Of a stretch of DNA of 64,000 nt, positions 1-10,660 are shown piece after piece. A program made the position numbers and the translations under genes. The notes beneath the pieces are model-generated. The model saw only the letters and a program-made list of their open reading frames with translations. It had not been told where the DNA came from and searched no databases. The number at the start of each line of letters is the position of its first letter. Positions within the stretch are counted from its first letter, which is position 1. Source of the DNA: an uncultured Candidatus Saccharibacteria bacterium (lineage in GTDB: Bacteria > Patescibacteriota > Saccharimonadia > CAILAD01 > GCA-016700035); NCBI GenBank assembly GCA_964535385.1, contig CAZHSY010000001.1:29007-93006 (forward strand). The letters run 5' to 3'.

Positions 1-538
1 GCTCAGGAAAGCTGTCCATGCCGCGACTACCAAGAAAATGACCTTGACCTGGCAAGCAAATCAAACGAGCTTCGAGCTGATGAGCTAAACGCCGCGTCCG
101 GTCAGGCGTTACGATCCGGTCATCATCGCTATACACACAGATACGCTCATGTACGACCTGCTTAATATGACTCCAGTCTGGGGCTGGCGTAAAGTAAGAT
201 TGAGCTCGATCATTTGGAGCATCAGAGAATCCACTCACACAAATCAAGCGCCGTAGTCTCCGATCTGCCGGATAGGCCTCCAAGAGCCGTAGCGATAGCC
301 AGCAACCAAGTGAGTGAGCCACAATAATCCCATCATCTGGCAGGAGAGCCGCCGCCCGCTGAAGCTGCTTCATCCAGTGCACAAGGTCAGGCTTAGGTTT
401 GGTTTGAAAGTGCGGCGCAATCGTTAAATACCCCTGTGCCGTTAACTCTTGTTGTAACCAATCAAGCCAGCCACTCGTAGGATCGTCGTCCCAGCCATGC
501 ACAAGTAAGACCTTCTTAGGTGTTGAATCAGCGACCAT
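1..538 (-). CDS. alpha/beta hydrolase (YdeN/RBBP9-like serine hydrolase), 3' end outside window
   Basis: My reverse-strand translation starting at the ATG at 536-538 gives MVADSTPKKVLLVHGWDDDP...VAHSLGCWL, with a GxSxG-like nucleophile motif. The ORF runs off the window edge. This ORF is not in the supplied track. Confidence 0.45.
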   Translation of the reverse strand, partial: MVADSTPKKVLLVHGWDDDPTSGWLDWLQQELTAQGYLTIAPHFQTKPKPDLVHWMKQLQRAAALLPDDGIIVAHSLGCWLSLRLLEAYPADRRLRRLICVSGFSDAPNDRAQSYFTPAPDWSHIKQVVHERICVYSDDDRIVTPDRTRRLAHQLEARLICLPGQGHFLGSRGMDSFPE

Positions 539-539
539 A

Positions 540-1682
540 CTACTTCCAATACCACCACTTAAGCACATTGTTATAGCCCTGCTGACTTGCAGTATCACCG
601 TAGGCGCCGGTCACAATAAAGGCAATAAATTTCTTCTCATTAAATTGTTGGTCAGACTCGGGCAACACAATATAAGTATAAGCTACTTGGCTGGTTGGCT
701 TATCAGCCTCACCAATAATCAGCTTCTCGGCTGGTAGATTCCCCACCGAAATTGACTCTCGCTTAATAACCGTCCTACCAGTCGTCGTATTCGTAATGAG
801 CTCTTCTAAAAACTTCTTTTGATCAAAGGCCTGGCCGTCGGCTGGCGATGACCCTGTAGGTGATACGAGATCAACATCACGATAAGTAGAAATGATGATT
901 GAAGAAATTTTTTGTTCACCATATGTGAGGTCAAGCTTGCAGGCAGCATTATTGTTCACCGTTGGATTGACTGGCACTTGAATGACATAGCATGGAGTCT
1001 CAACTTTAGTATTTCCTCCCTGAAGAGGCTGAGCCTCACGACTGCGTACCGAAGCTACTACTGTAGCTTGGGGAGTAGTGCTAACCTGAGGCGTAGATCG
1101 CTTGGCCATAAATTGCCAGCCAGCTAAGATAGCAATAAGTAGTCCGATGCCACCAATAATAACCGGTAGCCTCCACTTGGCTTTATGCGTTCCAGAGGTG
1201 TGAGCTGCTGGGGCAGAGGTTGGTAATGCAGCCGGTGCTACTGGTGGCTGGGAAGCGGCCTGTCCACTAAAAGGAGTCTGGCTAGCAGTCTGCTGATGAG
1301 CCAAGGCATGATGATCATCGGCTCGCGGAGCTGGTGCCAAACGTACTGGCGCCGGGACCGGGCCCGTATAGACAATTGGCTCCTCAGGTGGTAACTCAAT
1401 ATTTAAGCGAGTTGTGGGAGGGGTGATTGAGGCTTCATCAGATATGGATGAAGTGGTCTCTGAAACCGACCCTGCCCCAGGGGCGACCGCTGGCTGCTGC
1501 GCGTAATCATACTGATGGTCAGCTAGTGGGTTATGAAAAGCTGGCGGATCAAAGTGTGGCTCCGTCGAATGACCCTCAGGTGATTGAGTTAGCCCAGCGG
1601 CTGGTACCGGCAAAGGAAAGGCATCTGAATCATTTGGTTTCGGCTCTGATGGCGGTGTTGGTTTTGGATTGACAGGATCCAT
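540..1682 (-). CDS. proline-rich membrane-anchored hypothetical protein
   Basis: 380 aa ORF. Pro-rich N-terminus, a single TM helix (LPVIIGGIGLLIAILAGW), and a C-terminal extracytoplasmic domain. Confidence 0.5.
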   Translation of the reverse strand: MDPVNPKPTPPSEPKPNDSDAFPLPVPAAGLTQSPEGHSTEPHFDPPAFHNPLADHQYDYAQQPAVAPGAGSVSETTSSISDEASITPPTTRLNIELPPEEPIVYTGPVPAPVRLAPAPRADDHHALAHQQTASQTPFSGQAASQPPVAPAALPTSAPAAHTSGTHKAKWRLPVIIGGIGLLIAILAGWQFMAKRSTPQVSTTPQATVVASVRSREAQPLQGGNTKVETPCYVIQVPVNPTVNNNAACKLDLTYGEQKISSIIISTYRDVDLVSPTGSSPADGQAFDQKKFLEELITNTTTGRTVIKRESISVGNLPAEKLIIGEADKPTSQVAYTYIVLPESDQQFNEKKFIAFIVTGAYGDTASQQGYNNVLKWWYWK

Positions 1683-1712
1683 ATTGCTTGTATTATAGCA
1701 TGCACTTCTTGA

Positions 1713-2621
1713 TTAAGCTGCGCTGCGACCATCCACATGATCACCAAGATAGCGCTGATAACTATCAAAGCGCAGAGCAAACAAAGCGCAGACCAGCTCA
1801 GCTGCCAGTAAGGCCGTGCGTCTCTCAACATCCCGACTTGGATTTACTTCTACCATATCAACTACCCGAGGATGCAGACGACTCAGTTGGCGGGCGATGT
1901 AACTCGCCTCTCGATAGGTCAGGCCACCAGCGTTACGAATGCCAGTGCCAGGAGCGAATTGGGCATCAATGGCATCAATATCAAAACTGACATGCAGGGG
2001 GCGTTGGCCTACCCACTGACTAACCTGCTGCATGACCGACCCAATCCCCTCCTCAATGATTCGATCCATTGTAAAGTACGTCACGCGATTATCATCCAAC
2101 CAACGCTGTTCAGCTTCATCAATGTCCTTGATACCAAGAAAACAAATATCTACCGGTGTCAGGTAAGGACCAGTAAAAACCTCAGATAAGGTTTCGCCGG
2201 TAGCAATTGTAATCGGCATGCCATGCAGGTTTCCCGTTCCCGAAGTCTCTAGTCGGTGACAATCGGGATGAGCATCGACATACACAATCGCCGGCCGAGT
2301 CAGCCGACTCGCTGAGGCTAAGAGCGACGGTGCAGCCAATGAATGATCACCGCCGAGTACCAACAACTGGTCGTCAATTGGTACAGTAGCTAAATCAGCA
2401 CCCAGCTGATTAAGCCAAGTCAGCAGCTGATCGTGCCGACTTCCTGCCGTAGCCACTGGACGCGCCTGATGTTGGCGTAGCTCAAAGCCTGATTCCAGCA
2501 CTTCTGTCAGGCCTGTCTCGAGAATCGCCTCTGGCCCTCGCTCAACGCCGTCACTAAAACTGCCCTCAGCTGTCCCAGCCGAAAAAAGATGTAAGGTAGT
2601 CATAGTTATATTGTCCCACAC
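1713..2621 (-). CDS. arginase/agmatinase/formiminoglutamase-family ureohydrolase
   Basis: 302 aa. Carries the arginase-family metal-binding motifs DAHPD and SFDIDAIDAQFAPGTG. Confidence 0.75.
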   Translation of the reverse strand: MWDNITMTTLHLFSAGTAEGSFSDGVERGPEAILETGLTEVLESGFELRQHQARPVATAGSRHDQLLTWLNQLGADLATVPIDDQLLVLGGDHSLAAPSLLASASRLTRPAIVYVDAHPDCHRLETSGTGNLHGMPITIATGETLSEVFTGPYLTPVDICFLGIKDIDEAEQRWLDDNRVTYFTMDRIIEEGIGSVMQQVSQWVGQRPLHVSFDIDAIDAQFAPGTGIRNAGGLTYREASYIARQLSRLHPRVVDMVEVNPSRDVERRTALLAAELVCALFALRFDSYQRYLGDHVDGRSAA

Positions 2622-2683
2622 TTCTGCCTTTCCTGAAGATCAACAAGCGCGAAGATCTGGTCTAATTCCGGTACAATAGAAAT

Positions 2684-4039
2684 ATGTTGCGACACGTCAA
2701 AAAGCTCGTCCCCCAATCAGCCATCAATAGCTTTCATTACGTGGAAGCCCTAGCAGCTGACTTCGCCTACCGGCACCCGACCGGCAAGATGATCACAATC
2801 GGTATCGTTGGCAGCAAAGGCAAAACCACTCTAGCCAATCTTCTCTGGGCCAGCCTCTCCGGCGACGGCTCTAAAGTTGGGTTGGTTGGAACCGCCAATA
2901 TTCGGCTCGGTGACGACGAAGAAACCAACCCCTATCACATGACTATGCCTGGTCGGCACCGACTACAAAAAACCCTAGCGCGCATGGAAGCAGCCGGCTG
3001 TAGCTTTGCAATTCTAGAAGTGCCATCAGAAGGTCAGGCTCAATGGCGTCACGTTGGCGTACATTTTGATGTCTTAGTCTTCACCAACGTCACCCGTGAA
3101 CTCATGGCCAGCCACAATTACTCTCTCGAGATCCTCCATCAGCACAACCAACGAGTTTTTCATCAGTTTGCCAACTCTAAGACCAAAACACTTGAAGGTC
3201 GGGTTCAGCCAAAAATCCTGATCGCCAACGCCGATGCTGAACACTTCCCTACCTACTTCTCGCACCTTGCGGATATTAAGCGCAGCTATAGCGTGAAAGC
3301 CAAAAGTGACTATCAGGCTAAGTTCAAAACTGCCGACCATGCCGGCTCAAGCTTTGCGATTAATCAACAGACATACCATATCAATCTACCCGGCACCATC
3401 AATATCTCCAATGCCGCTGGCGCTATTGCAGCCGCCTTGGAGCTCGGCAAAACACCAGCCGCAATCGCCAAGGGTCTCAAGAATCTCGCCCAAGTAGCTG
3501 GTCGCATGGAGCGCATCGAAGCTGGTCAAGGCTTTACTGTTATCGTCGACTACGCTCACGAAGAAACTGGTATGGCCGCCCTCATGGAAAGCGCTCGACT
3601 CCTCGCTCAGTCATCAGCTCGAGTGATTACTCTACTGGGCGCCGAAGGTGGTGGTCGCGACGAGGCCAAGCGTCCAATCATGGGGCGGATCGCCATGAAA
3701 GGCAGTGACGTAGTAATCCTCACAAATGTTGATCCCTACTCTGACGACCCCGAAGCTATCCTGGACGACATTGCAGCCGGTGTCGAAAAAGCTGGTGGGA
3801 GACTCAATAAGACTTACTTCCGTATCGCCGATCGACGCCAAGGTATTCATCAAGCGTTAGCCCTCGCCAAAGCTGGTGATGTGGTTTTCATTACCGGCAA
3901 AGGCTCCGAGCAATCAATTATTATTGATGGCAAAAAATCAGCCTGGGATGATCGGCTCGTTGTCGCCGAAGAACTGACCACCCTAACCAGTCCCAGCACA
4001 AAAGCTAGTGGTGGCTCGAGGAATTCAAAAAACCGATAA
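2684..4039 (+). CDS. Mur ligase family protein (MurE/MurT-like, lacks N-terminal domain)
   Basis: 451 aa. P-loop IGIVGSKGKTT, typical of the Mur ligase central domain. A C-terminal Mur ligase domain is also present. Confidence 0.6.
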   Translation: MLRHVKKLVPQSAINSFHYVEALAADFAYRHPTGKMITIGIVGSKGKTTLANLLWASLSGDGSKVGLVGTANIRLGDDEETNPYHMTMPGRHRLQKTLARMEAAGCSFAILEVPSEGQAQWRHVGVHFDVLVFTNVTRELMASHNYSLEILHQHNQRVFHQFANSKTKTLEGRVQPKILIANADAEHFPTYFSHLADIKRSYSVKAKSDYQAKFKTADHAGSSFAINQQTYHINLPGTINISNAAGAIAAALELGKTPAAIAKGLKNLAQVAGRMERIEAGQGFTVIVDYAHEETGMAALMESARLLAQSSARVITLLGAEGGGRDEAKRPIMGRIAMKGSDVVILTNVDPYSDDPEAILDDIAAGVEKAGGRLNKTYFRIADRRQGIHQALALAKAGDVVFITGKGSEQSIIIDGKKSAWDDRLVVAEELTTLTSPSTKASGGSRNSKNR

Positions 4040-4436
4040 TAATCGCCGTCCACCACGCTAACTGTGAAAGCGATATAGAGATAACACTGGCAAGCTGAAA
4101 TTTGCGAGGAAGCTTCCAGAAATTATCCTGATTATAGGCAATCAGTCGCCGGCGGATTTGATCAAGTACAAACCCATTTACTACCAATATCACTACTGCA
4201 CTCAGTTTCAACACGGTTCGAGCCGAGATGTGATCTGGCAAGAGGAATATACCGCTCACTATCAACAAAACTACTGCCACCCAAATAATCTTCTGGGCAA
4301 TACCAGTGAGCCAGATCAATCGACGAGCCGGCACACAACCAAGCACCCAGAGGGCGCCCACAATATCCACACACATTACCGTGCCAAAACCAAGCCCGAA
4401 GCCAATCAGATGAGCGAATAAGAAAATGAGTCTCAC
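4005..4436 (-). CDS. small integral membrane protein
   Basis: 143 aa ORF with several hydrophobic helices. Confidence 0.4.
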   Translation of the reverse strand: MRLIFLFAHLIGFGLGFGTVMCVDIVGALWVLGCVPARRLIWLTGIAQKIIWVAVVLLIVSGIFLLPDHISARTVLKLSAVVILVVNGFVLDQIRRRLIAYNQDNFWKLPRKFQLASVISISLSQLAWWTAIIIGFLNSSSHH

Positions 4437-4744
4437 GGTTTAGGCTTCCCCCACCGCCAGCTCGGCTTCTCGCCAGTCTTAAGTGAAATCATAAAGAGCA
4501 CACCTGACCAGACAAAGCCAAACAACACGGCTAGTACTGGTGCCCAGAAACTAAAGTTAAGCCATAGATTCAAAATAGCGACAACAGCTGCAAAAACAGC
4601 AACCCACACCAGGAGAACGAGCCAGCCCTGCCAACGAGCTGGTGCCCAGCCCCAGCCATAATCTTTAGCTTTAAACCAATAGTCTGGTTTTGGTGTACGT
4701 TTCATCGTAGTTCTTTTCTCCATACTAATTTTAACCCAGACCAA
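4433..4744 (-). CDS. small membrane protein
   Basis: 103 aa with two hydrophobic helices. Its stop overlaps the start of the downstream ORF. Confidence 0.4.
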   Translation of the reverse strand: MVWVKISMEKRTTMKRTPKPDYWFKAKDYGWGWAPARWQGWLVLLVWVAVFAAVVAILNLWLNFSFWAPVLAVLFGFVWSGVLFMISLKTGEKPSWRWGKPKP

Positions 4745-5115
4745 TTATCATCGATAGCGCAAACCTTGACGTCAACGAGACCTACTGCCAATGCTTGGCC
4801 TCGAATAAAATCCTCCGTCAATTCCGAATCTCTAGACAAGGTGGAACTTCGTTTGGGCCACGATACCCAAAGCTGCCCATCCATCTTGATAGCCCCAATC
4901 AACTCCTCAAACTGGTCGCTCAATTCGATACAGCTATGGACAAAAACCTGTAGAAAGTCTAGGCTCAACGGCTCTAGTTGATTGCAAAACTCAAGATCAA
5001 GCGGAAGCTCACCAAGCAATCGATCATAATTATCCGGCGGATTCTCAAACATCACGCTCGTCTGCGGCTTGATACCAAGCTTCTTCACTAATGGAGTTTG
5101 CGAGTAACCACTCAT
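4702..5115 (-). CDS. hypothetical protein
   Basis: 137 aa ORF. Its stop overlaps the start of the next gene at 5112, suggesting the two are coupled. Confidence 0.4.
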   Translation of the reverse strand: MSGYSQTPLVKKLGIKPQTSVMFENPPDNYDRLLGELPLDLEFCNQLEPLSLDFLQVFVHSCIELSDQFEELIGAIKMDGQLWVSWPKRSSTLSRDSELTEDFIRGQALAVGLVDVKVCAIDDNWSGLKLVWRKELR

Positions 5116-5813
5116 GTCTTCATTCTAAACTGTTGTCCCTGACGCACCAAGAAGCCTTCGTCTACAAGTTCCGTTAACGCTTGATTCTGAACTGTCGCAG
5201 TAAATCCTGGTAGAGCTTTGCTGGCTTCATCAGATGTAAAACCACCAGCCAGAGCCAGGTCCAAAAGCAAACCGCGTAGCTGACGATGAGAGCCCTCAAA
5301 ACGACTCTGACGAACATGATGTACACTCTGACGATTGGGGTTCTGAATGGTTTGCGCCAAATATGAACCATAGTCCATTAGCGCCCAATACCACTCGCGT
5401 GGCGACTGCCCCTCAAGACTCTTGGCTACCAGCGGTCGGATATCATTATCATGAACTTTTGTCTTCACGTTATGAAAACAATGATGAATAAAGACTCGCC
5501 GGATATTGGTCTCAATGAACACAGCCGGTTCGTTATAAGCGTAAGCCAAAATCGCTCCGGCGGTGTTGTCACCGATGCCTTTAAGGGCGACCAATTCCGC
5601 ATGAGTTCGCGGAAAAATACTATTTTTTTCGGTGACTATTTGCTCAGCAGCTTGCTGTAACCACAAAGCACGACGGTTGTATCCCAAGCCTTTCCAGAGA
5701 GCAATTACATCTGTAAAATTTGCATTCATCAGTATCTGTATGGTCGGGAACGTATACATAAATTGTTCATACTTAGGAATCACACGGCTGACTTGTGTTT
5801 GCTGCAACATCAC
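5112..5813 (-). CDS. HhH-GPD base-excision DNA glycosylase (endonuclease III-like)
   Basis: 233 aa. Helix-hairpin-helix motif LVALKGIGDNTAGAILAYA and an Nth/MutY-like fold signature. Confidence 0.7.
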   Translation of the reverse strand: MMLQQTQVSRVIPKYEQFMYTFPTIQILMNANFTDVIALWKGLGYNRRALWLQQAAEQIVTEKNSIFPRTHAELVALKGIGDNTAGAILAYAYNEPAVFIETNIRRVFIHHCFHNVKTKVHDNDIRPLVAKSLEGQSPREWYWALMDYGSYLAQTIQNPNRQSVHHVRQSRFEGSHRQLRGLLLDLALAGGFTSDEASKALPGFTATVQNQALTELVDEGFLVRQGQQFRMKT

Positions 5814-6071
5814 CTCGCTGACGAGTATGCTGTACGGCGAAATATCATGCCGCCACGGTAAGTCCCGCGCATGCTGACGTTAATAATCCCAAACCTCAGT
5901 CTGTAGTGCTTGGAGTTGTGGTGAGTTTGGCATGATAAGAAATTATACGCCAAACCACTAGCTCAGCAGCCTGTCGGGTGTGCTTCTCAGCAAAAATCCA
6001 GCTCTGTTCTCTAGGATAAACCTACCCGATTTAGCCTCCGAATTGGCCTGAAAATAGGTATAATAACTCTA

Positions 6072-7505
6072 ATGCGCGATCGAAATCGTGTTTCTAACAC
6101 TCCACACACACCATCAGCTAGCAAGGCCGGCACGCGTCCGACGAGTACTGCCCGGCCTGATTTCCTGTATGATCCACTAAAAGACCGGGGCTCACGCCGA
6201 GGTCTAAGCAGTATAGCTGGTAAACCAAAACGAACATGGTGGAAACGCATCATTGTAGTACTAGTCATCCTTCTCGCTCTCGGTGGCCTCAGCTTCTTAG
6301 CCTACACACTACGCAACGTCGTAAAAGTCGCCCCTAATTTCTTTAAGTTTGATCAGAAGCTCAAGGGCGAAGACGAGGGCCGGGTAAATATTCTTTTGCT
6401 CGGAGTTGGTGACCCTGGGCACGACGGTGCTCCCCTCTCGGATACGAACATCCTCGTAAGTATTAACACACGTGATCACCAGGTCGCTATGACCTCTATC
6501 CCGCGCGATACGCGCGTCAAGATCCCCGGCTATGGCAGTACAAAGATCAACAATGCCAATGCCTACGGTGGTGTCGACCTCGCTAAATCAACCGTTGAGG
6601 ACTTCTTGGGTGTACCGATCCAATACTATGTCAAAACCGACTTCACCGGCCTCAAGCAAGCAGTCGATGCTGTTGGTGGGGTCGACGTCGACAACAAAAC
6701 TCTGCTCTACGATTCCGAGTATCCTTGTGATAATAATCAGTGGCGGAGTTGTGGATTCAAGATGCAGCCTGGCAAACAACATCTCGACGGCACGACTGCC
6801 CTCAAATACGCTCGCTGTCGTAAGGGCACTTGCGGGGATGATTTCGGTCGAGCGGCTCGCCAACAAGAAGTCTTGACCCAGATCCGAACTCGAGCTGTCT
6901 CGGCTGGGACGATCCTAAATCCAGCTAAGCTAGCCGGCCTAATCCAAGCTGCCGGTGATAACATCAACACGGATTTGTCAGTTGGCGAAATGCTGCGGGT
7001 TAATGAATTAACAAAAGATATTCCAGCCGACCAATTCACGAACTTCGTACTGTCCATGGAGGATAATGGTTTTCTGAAAGCTGCGCCAGATGGCAGCTCC
7101 GATTTAGTACCAGTCGACGCCACCCTAAACGACCTTCATGCATTCGTAAAAGACATTTTTCGACTTGGTCCGATATGGAAAGAAGACCCGACCATCGTGA
7201 TTCAAAACGGTACCGCCACAGTCGGTCTCGGTGCCAAGCTGGAGAAAAAAATCACTAATACAGGACTACCCATTACCATCGCCGAGGTGACAAATGCCCT
7301 TTCCAGAGACCATGCTACGACTCAAATCCTGGACTACACCAATGGCAGCAAACCAAAGACCAAGGCTACACTTGAAAGCGCGCTAAAGGTCACCGCCATC
7401 GTGCCAGAAAATATACCCAAAGCTCCAGCTCAGGACTTCATTATCATCATCGGAACTGACTATGATAACTACCTTCCAACTCCTACCCCAACAAAAGTGC
7501 AGTAG
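6072..7505 (+). CDS. LytR-CpsA-Psr (LCP) family cell-wall polymer transferase
   Basis: 477 aa. N-terminal TM helix, then an LCP domain (NILLLGVGDPGHDGAPLSDTNILVSINTRD...IPRDTRVKIPGYG). Confidence 0.8.
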   Translation: MRDRNRVSNTPHTPSASKAGTRPTSTARPDFLYDPLKDRGSRRGLSSIAGKPKRTWWKRIIVVLVILLALGGLSFLAYTLRNVVKVAPNFFKFDQKLKGEDEGRVNILLLGVGDPGHDGAPLSDTNILVSINTRDHQVAMTSIPRDTRVKIPGYGSTKINNANAYGGVDLAKSTVEDFLGVPIQYYVKTDFTGLKQAVDAVGGVDVDNKTLLYDSEYPCDNNQWRSCGFKMQPGKQHLDGTTALKYARCRKGTCGDDFGRAARQQEVLTQIRTRAVSAGTILNPAKLAGLIQAAGDNINTDLSVGEMLRVNELTKDIPADQFTNFVLSMEDNGFLKAAPDGSSDLVPVDATLNDLHAFVKDIFRLGPIWKEDPTIVIQNGTATVGLGAKLEKKITNTGLPITIAEVTNALSRDHATTQILDYTNGSKPKTKATLESALKVTAIVPENIPKAPAQDFIIIIGTDYDNYLPTPTPTKVQ

Positions 7506-7546
7506 AGTTTTCGATGTTTGTTCGTCCTATTTGATATACTAAAACC

Positions 7547-8773
7547 ATGTCAAAGTCACCCCCTGACCACCGACTGCCAGAATTTCGCCCCTTAGCCGAC
7601 CGTTTACGTCCTCAAAAAGTTAGTGACATGGTTGGTCAAAGCCAAGTCATTGGTTCTGGCGGCTTTATTCGTCAGCTCATCGATAAGGGCGAGGCCACGT
7701 CACTTATATTCTGGGGCCCTCCTGGATGCGGCAAGACGACGCTAGCCCGCATCATTGCCCAATCTGGTGATTATCACTTCGTCGAGATCTCTGCCGTCAC
7801 AGCCAGCAAGGCTGACGTTGTCCGGGTGATCACCGAAGCCCGTGACATGCAAGCTTTGCGACAACGCACCCTGCTCTTCGTTGATGAAATCCATCGCTTT
7901 AATAAAGCCCAACAAGACGCCTTCCTGCCCGTCATCGAAGATGGAACCATCATTCTCATCGGTGCCACGACTGAGAACCCAAGCTTCGAGGTCATTAGCC
8001 CCCTTCTGTCTCGCAGTCGAGTAGTCGTCCTGGAGGCTATTCCTAAGTCGGCCCTACTTCGGCTCCTGCAACGGGCCGCCAAGACTTACCCAGAGTCTCA
8101 ATTTGAACCCACTGCCCTCAAGGCCCTGGCCGAGCTAGCCCAGGGTGACGCTCGCACTGCGCTTAATGGCCTCGAGACGGCCGTGCAAATCAGTCCTATG
8201 CATATCACACTCGAATCCATTAAGCAGGCCATGCAGCACTCGCTAGCTCACTACGATAAATCTGGCGAGTATCACTACAACACCATCTCGGCGTTCATCA
8301 AATCAATTCGCGGCAGCCACGTTGATGCCGCCCTCTTCTATCTCTTCCGCATGATCAAAGGCGGTGAAGATCCGAAGTTCATTGCTCGCCGCCTTATTAT
8401 CTTGGCTTCCGAAGATATCGGCATGGCGGCCCCTGCCGCACTCAACCTCGCCACGAGCTGCTTCATGGCCGTCGAGCGAGTTGGCTTGCCCGAATGTGAG
8501 TACACCCTAGCCCACACTACTATCGCGCTGGCTAAGGCGCCCAAAAGTCGAGCTGTTGCCGACGCCATGAGCCAGGCTAAGCAGTCGGTTAAGAGCCATC
8601 CGACCGCCGAGGTTCCGTTAGAACTACGCAACGCGCCAACACAGCTTATGAAGGACCTCGGCTATGGCAAGCATTACAAATGGCAGGCCAATTTTCAGGC
8701 TCCGAGTGGCTTCCTGCCAGAGGAAATAGGAAATAGCCGGTTCTATTTTGAGCCTAAAGAAGACAACGCTTAA
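7547..8773 (+). CDS. rarA: replication-associated recombination protein A (AAA+ ATPase RarA/MgsA)
   Basis: 408 aa. Walker A GPPGCGKTT, a Walker B motif, and the conserved C-terminal MgsA domain. Confidence 0.9.
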   Translation: MSKSPPDHRLPEFRPLADRLRPQKVSDMVGQSQVIGSGGFIRQLIDKGEATSLIFWGPPGCGKTTLARIIAQSGDYHFVEISAVTASKADVVRVITEARDMQALRQRTLLFVDEIHRFNKAQQDAFLPVIEDGTIILIGATTENPSFEVISPLLSRSRVVVLEAIPKSALLRLLQRAAKTYPESQFEPTALKALAELAQGDARTALNGLETAVQISPMHITLESIKQAMQHSLAHYDKSGEYHYNTISAFIKSIRGSHVDAALFYLFRMIKGGEDPKFIARRLIILASEDIGMAAPAALNLATSCFMAVERVGLPECEYTLAHTTIALAKAPKSRAVADAMSQAKQSVKSHPTAEVPLELRNAPTQLMKDLGYGKHYKWQANFQAPSGFLPEEIGNSRFYFEPKEDNA

Positions 8774-8837
8774 GCTTTAAAAATATGTCTCTGCCTGATA
8801 AGGTAGTACATATCCGAGACAAGGGCATCGACTTTAA

Positions 8838-8870
8838 GCCAGCTGCAAACCAGCTGGCTTTTTTGTTTGT
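8838..8870 (+). terminator. rho-independent terminator, bidirectional between rarA and the alkylation-repair gene
   Basis: Hairpin GCCAGCTG-caaac-CAGCTGGC followed by a T-run (TTTTTTGTTTGTT). Confidence 0.6.
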
Positions 8871-8884
8871 TCTGCAATGAGAGC

Positions 8885-9601
8885 CTACAGTTCGCCTTTA
8901 AGATAGGCTTGGCGGCGGTCGGGTCTAAAACGCTCAATCGCGTAACGCAATGTCGTCCGTGGTAGCGTCTTATAGCGATCGCCCTCGAGTAGCCAAGCCT
9001 CTTCGACTGCTTGATCAACTCGTTTGCCAACCTCGCGTAGCATCCAACCAACGGCTTTTTGAATTAAATCATGCGAGTCATGCGCCAACAGCGTAGCAAT
9101 ATGTAGAGCCGGTTCGGGATCACCGTTTTTTGTAAAATAAAAACACGCTAGCATCGCGATCCGACGATCCCATAGCCAGTCCGACCTAGCTAGTTCATCG
9201 AGTACCAGCAAATCAGTTTCAACCAGATGCCGGCCAACGATGTACTCAGCCGAGCAATCAACCAGGTCCCAATTATTAATATATTGGGTGTTACTGAGAT
9301 AGAAATCATAGACTCCCTGCCTCTCAAGCACACTCCCCTGCCGATAGAATTTCACTAGTATCAAGCAGGCCGCGAGGCGGCCTTCATGCCACTGACTGCG
9401 TAGGAGCTTCTGAAGTTCACCAAAAGTCATGCTCGAGACTGGTTTTACAATCGCTCGCACCACCGGAACTCGTACACCATAAAATTTGTCACCCTCGCCA
9501 TACTGGCCCGGACCAGTCTTAAAAAACCACGCCGAGGTCTCAGCCCGCTCCGGAGTGCCTTGGTCCTTCAGAGCCTGAGAGATATCCTGAGCCGTTGTCA
9601 T
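8885..9601 (-). CDS. DNA alkylation repair protein (AlkD-like HEAT-repeat glycosylase family)
   Basis: 238 aa with overall similarity to the DNA alkylation repair family. N-terminal MTTAQDISQALKDQGTPERAE... Confidence 0.65.
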   Translation of the reverse strand: MTTAQDISQALKDQGTPERAETSAWFFKTGPGQYGEGDKFYGVRVPVVRAIVKPVSSMTFGELQKLLRSQWHEGRLAACLILVKFYRQGSVLERQGVYDFYLSNTQYINNWDLVDCSAEYIVGRHLVETDLLVLDELARSDWLWDRRIAMLACFYFTKNGDPEPALHIATLLAHDSHDLIQKAVGWMLREVGKRVDQAVEEAWLLEGDRYKTLPRTTLRYAIERFRPDRRQAYLKGEL

Positions 9602-9688
9602 ACATGTAGCTTATCAGAAAAAAGTCGCCGCCTGAGAAAATCCCAGGCGGCGATATGCGGAGCAATAGCTAGTCAGCCATCGCTACCA

Positions 9689-10123
9689 TTACAAAGCCCC
9701 AATTGCCCCCTTCAGCTGATCGATGAAATAGCTGATCCCTGGTTCTTCGAGACGAGCCACCCAGCGCTTATCGATCTCAAGATCGACGTGATAGACCGGC
9801 TCGAGGCTGCCCGTGCACAGCAGCACTTGACCCCGCAGACCCCAGATCGAACCAACTCGGCCAATCAATCGTTCTCGCGCGGCACCCTCCAGGACACCGA
9901 TCACATTCAGTGTCTGAGCTCGAGTTAGCAGCATAGTAGCAGCTGGCCGTTCACTAGAGCCGAGCTCTACGCATCGATTCGGCCAATCACGAGGGAGGTA
10001 CTGGGTCGACAGCACAATTGAGCCCCGCCCAACTCGAGTGCTGAGGCACGGATGAGCCAGCGAAAATCCCTTTGGCTTGTCTTCGGATACAGGTAATACG
10101 ACTGTCTGTCCGGTCATCTCCAA
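9689..10123 (-). CDS. hypothetical protein
   Basis: 144 aa ORF. No motif recognised. Confidence 0.35.
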   Translation of the reverse strand: MEMTGQTVVLPVSEDKPKGFSLAHPCLSTRVGRGSIVLSTQYLPRDWPNRCVELGSSERPAATMLLTRAQTLNVIGVLEGAARERLIGRVGSIWGLRGQVLLCTGSLEPVYHVDLEIDKRWVARLEEPGISYFIDQLKGAIGAL

Positions 10124-10183
10124 CCTTTCATCAGAAAATGAGATGAAAGGTTATGCTAACACAAGCTGGCCTACCTTTCAAGA

Positions 10184-10657
10184 CTAGGCTTCGCCGCGCC
10201 GTTTAGCAAAATACTGTTGATGATAGCCCTCAGCTGGCCAAAATGTAGTCGCCAACACCACCTGCGTCACGATTGGCGCATCGTATTTTCCCGATTGATT
10301 CAGCTCATCTAAGATCTGCTTAGCCTGCACGTGTTGGTCTTCATTATGATAAAAAATCGCACTCCGATAGTTCTCACCGACGTCCGGCCCCTGTCGATTG
10401 AGTTGGGTCGGATCATGCTCGGCCATATAGCGACGTAGGAGATCCTCGTAACTCACAATTCCTGGATTAAACGTCACGCGAACTGTTTCGGCATGTCCGG
10501 TGATATGACTACAGACCTGAGCATAGGTTGGCTTGGGCTGTTCGCCACCCTCGTAGCCAACTTCTGTTTTGACTACTCCCGGCAGCTTAAGGAAGACGTC
10601 TTCGATCCCCCAGAAACAGCCGCCGGCGAAATCTGCTTGTGATAATTTCTTCGACAT
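10184..10657 (-). CDS. msrA: peptide-methionine (S)-S-oxide reductase
   Basis: 157 aa. Contains the GCFWG active-site motif. Confidence 0.9.
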   Translation of the reverse strand: MSKKLSQADFAGGCFWGIEDVFLKLPGVVKTEVGYEGGEQPKPTYAQVCSHITGHAETVRVTFNPGIVSYEDLLRRYMAEHDPTQLNRQGPDVGENYRSAIFYHNEDQHVQAKQILDELNQSGKYDAPIVTQVVLATTFWPAEGYHQQYFAKRRGEA

Positions 10658-10660
10658 AAT

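Noticed and set aside
6532-7123. ORFs 6532..6876 (+), 6588..6866 (-), 6737..7123 (-)
   Set aside because: Embedded in or antisense to the LCP-family gene, which has clear domain motifs.
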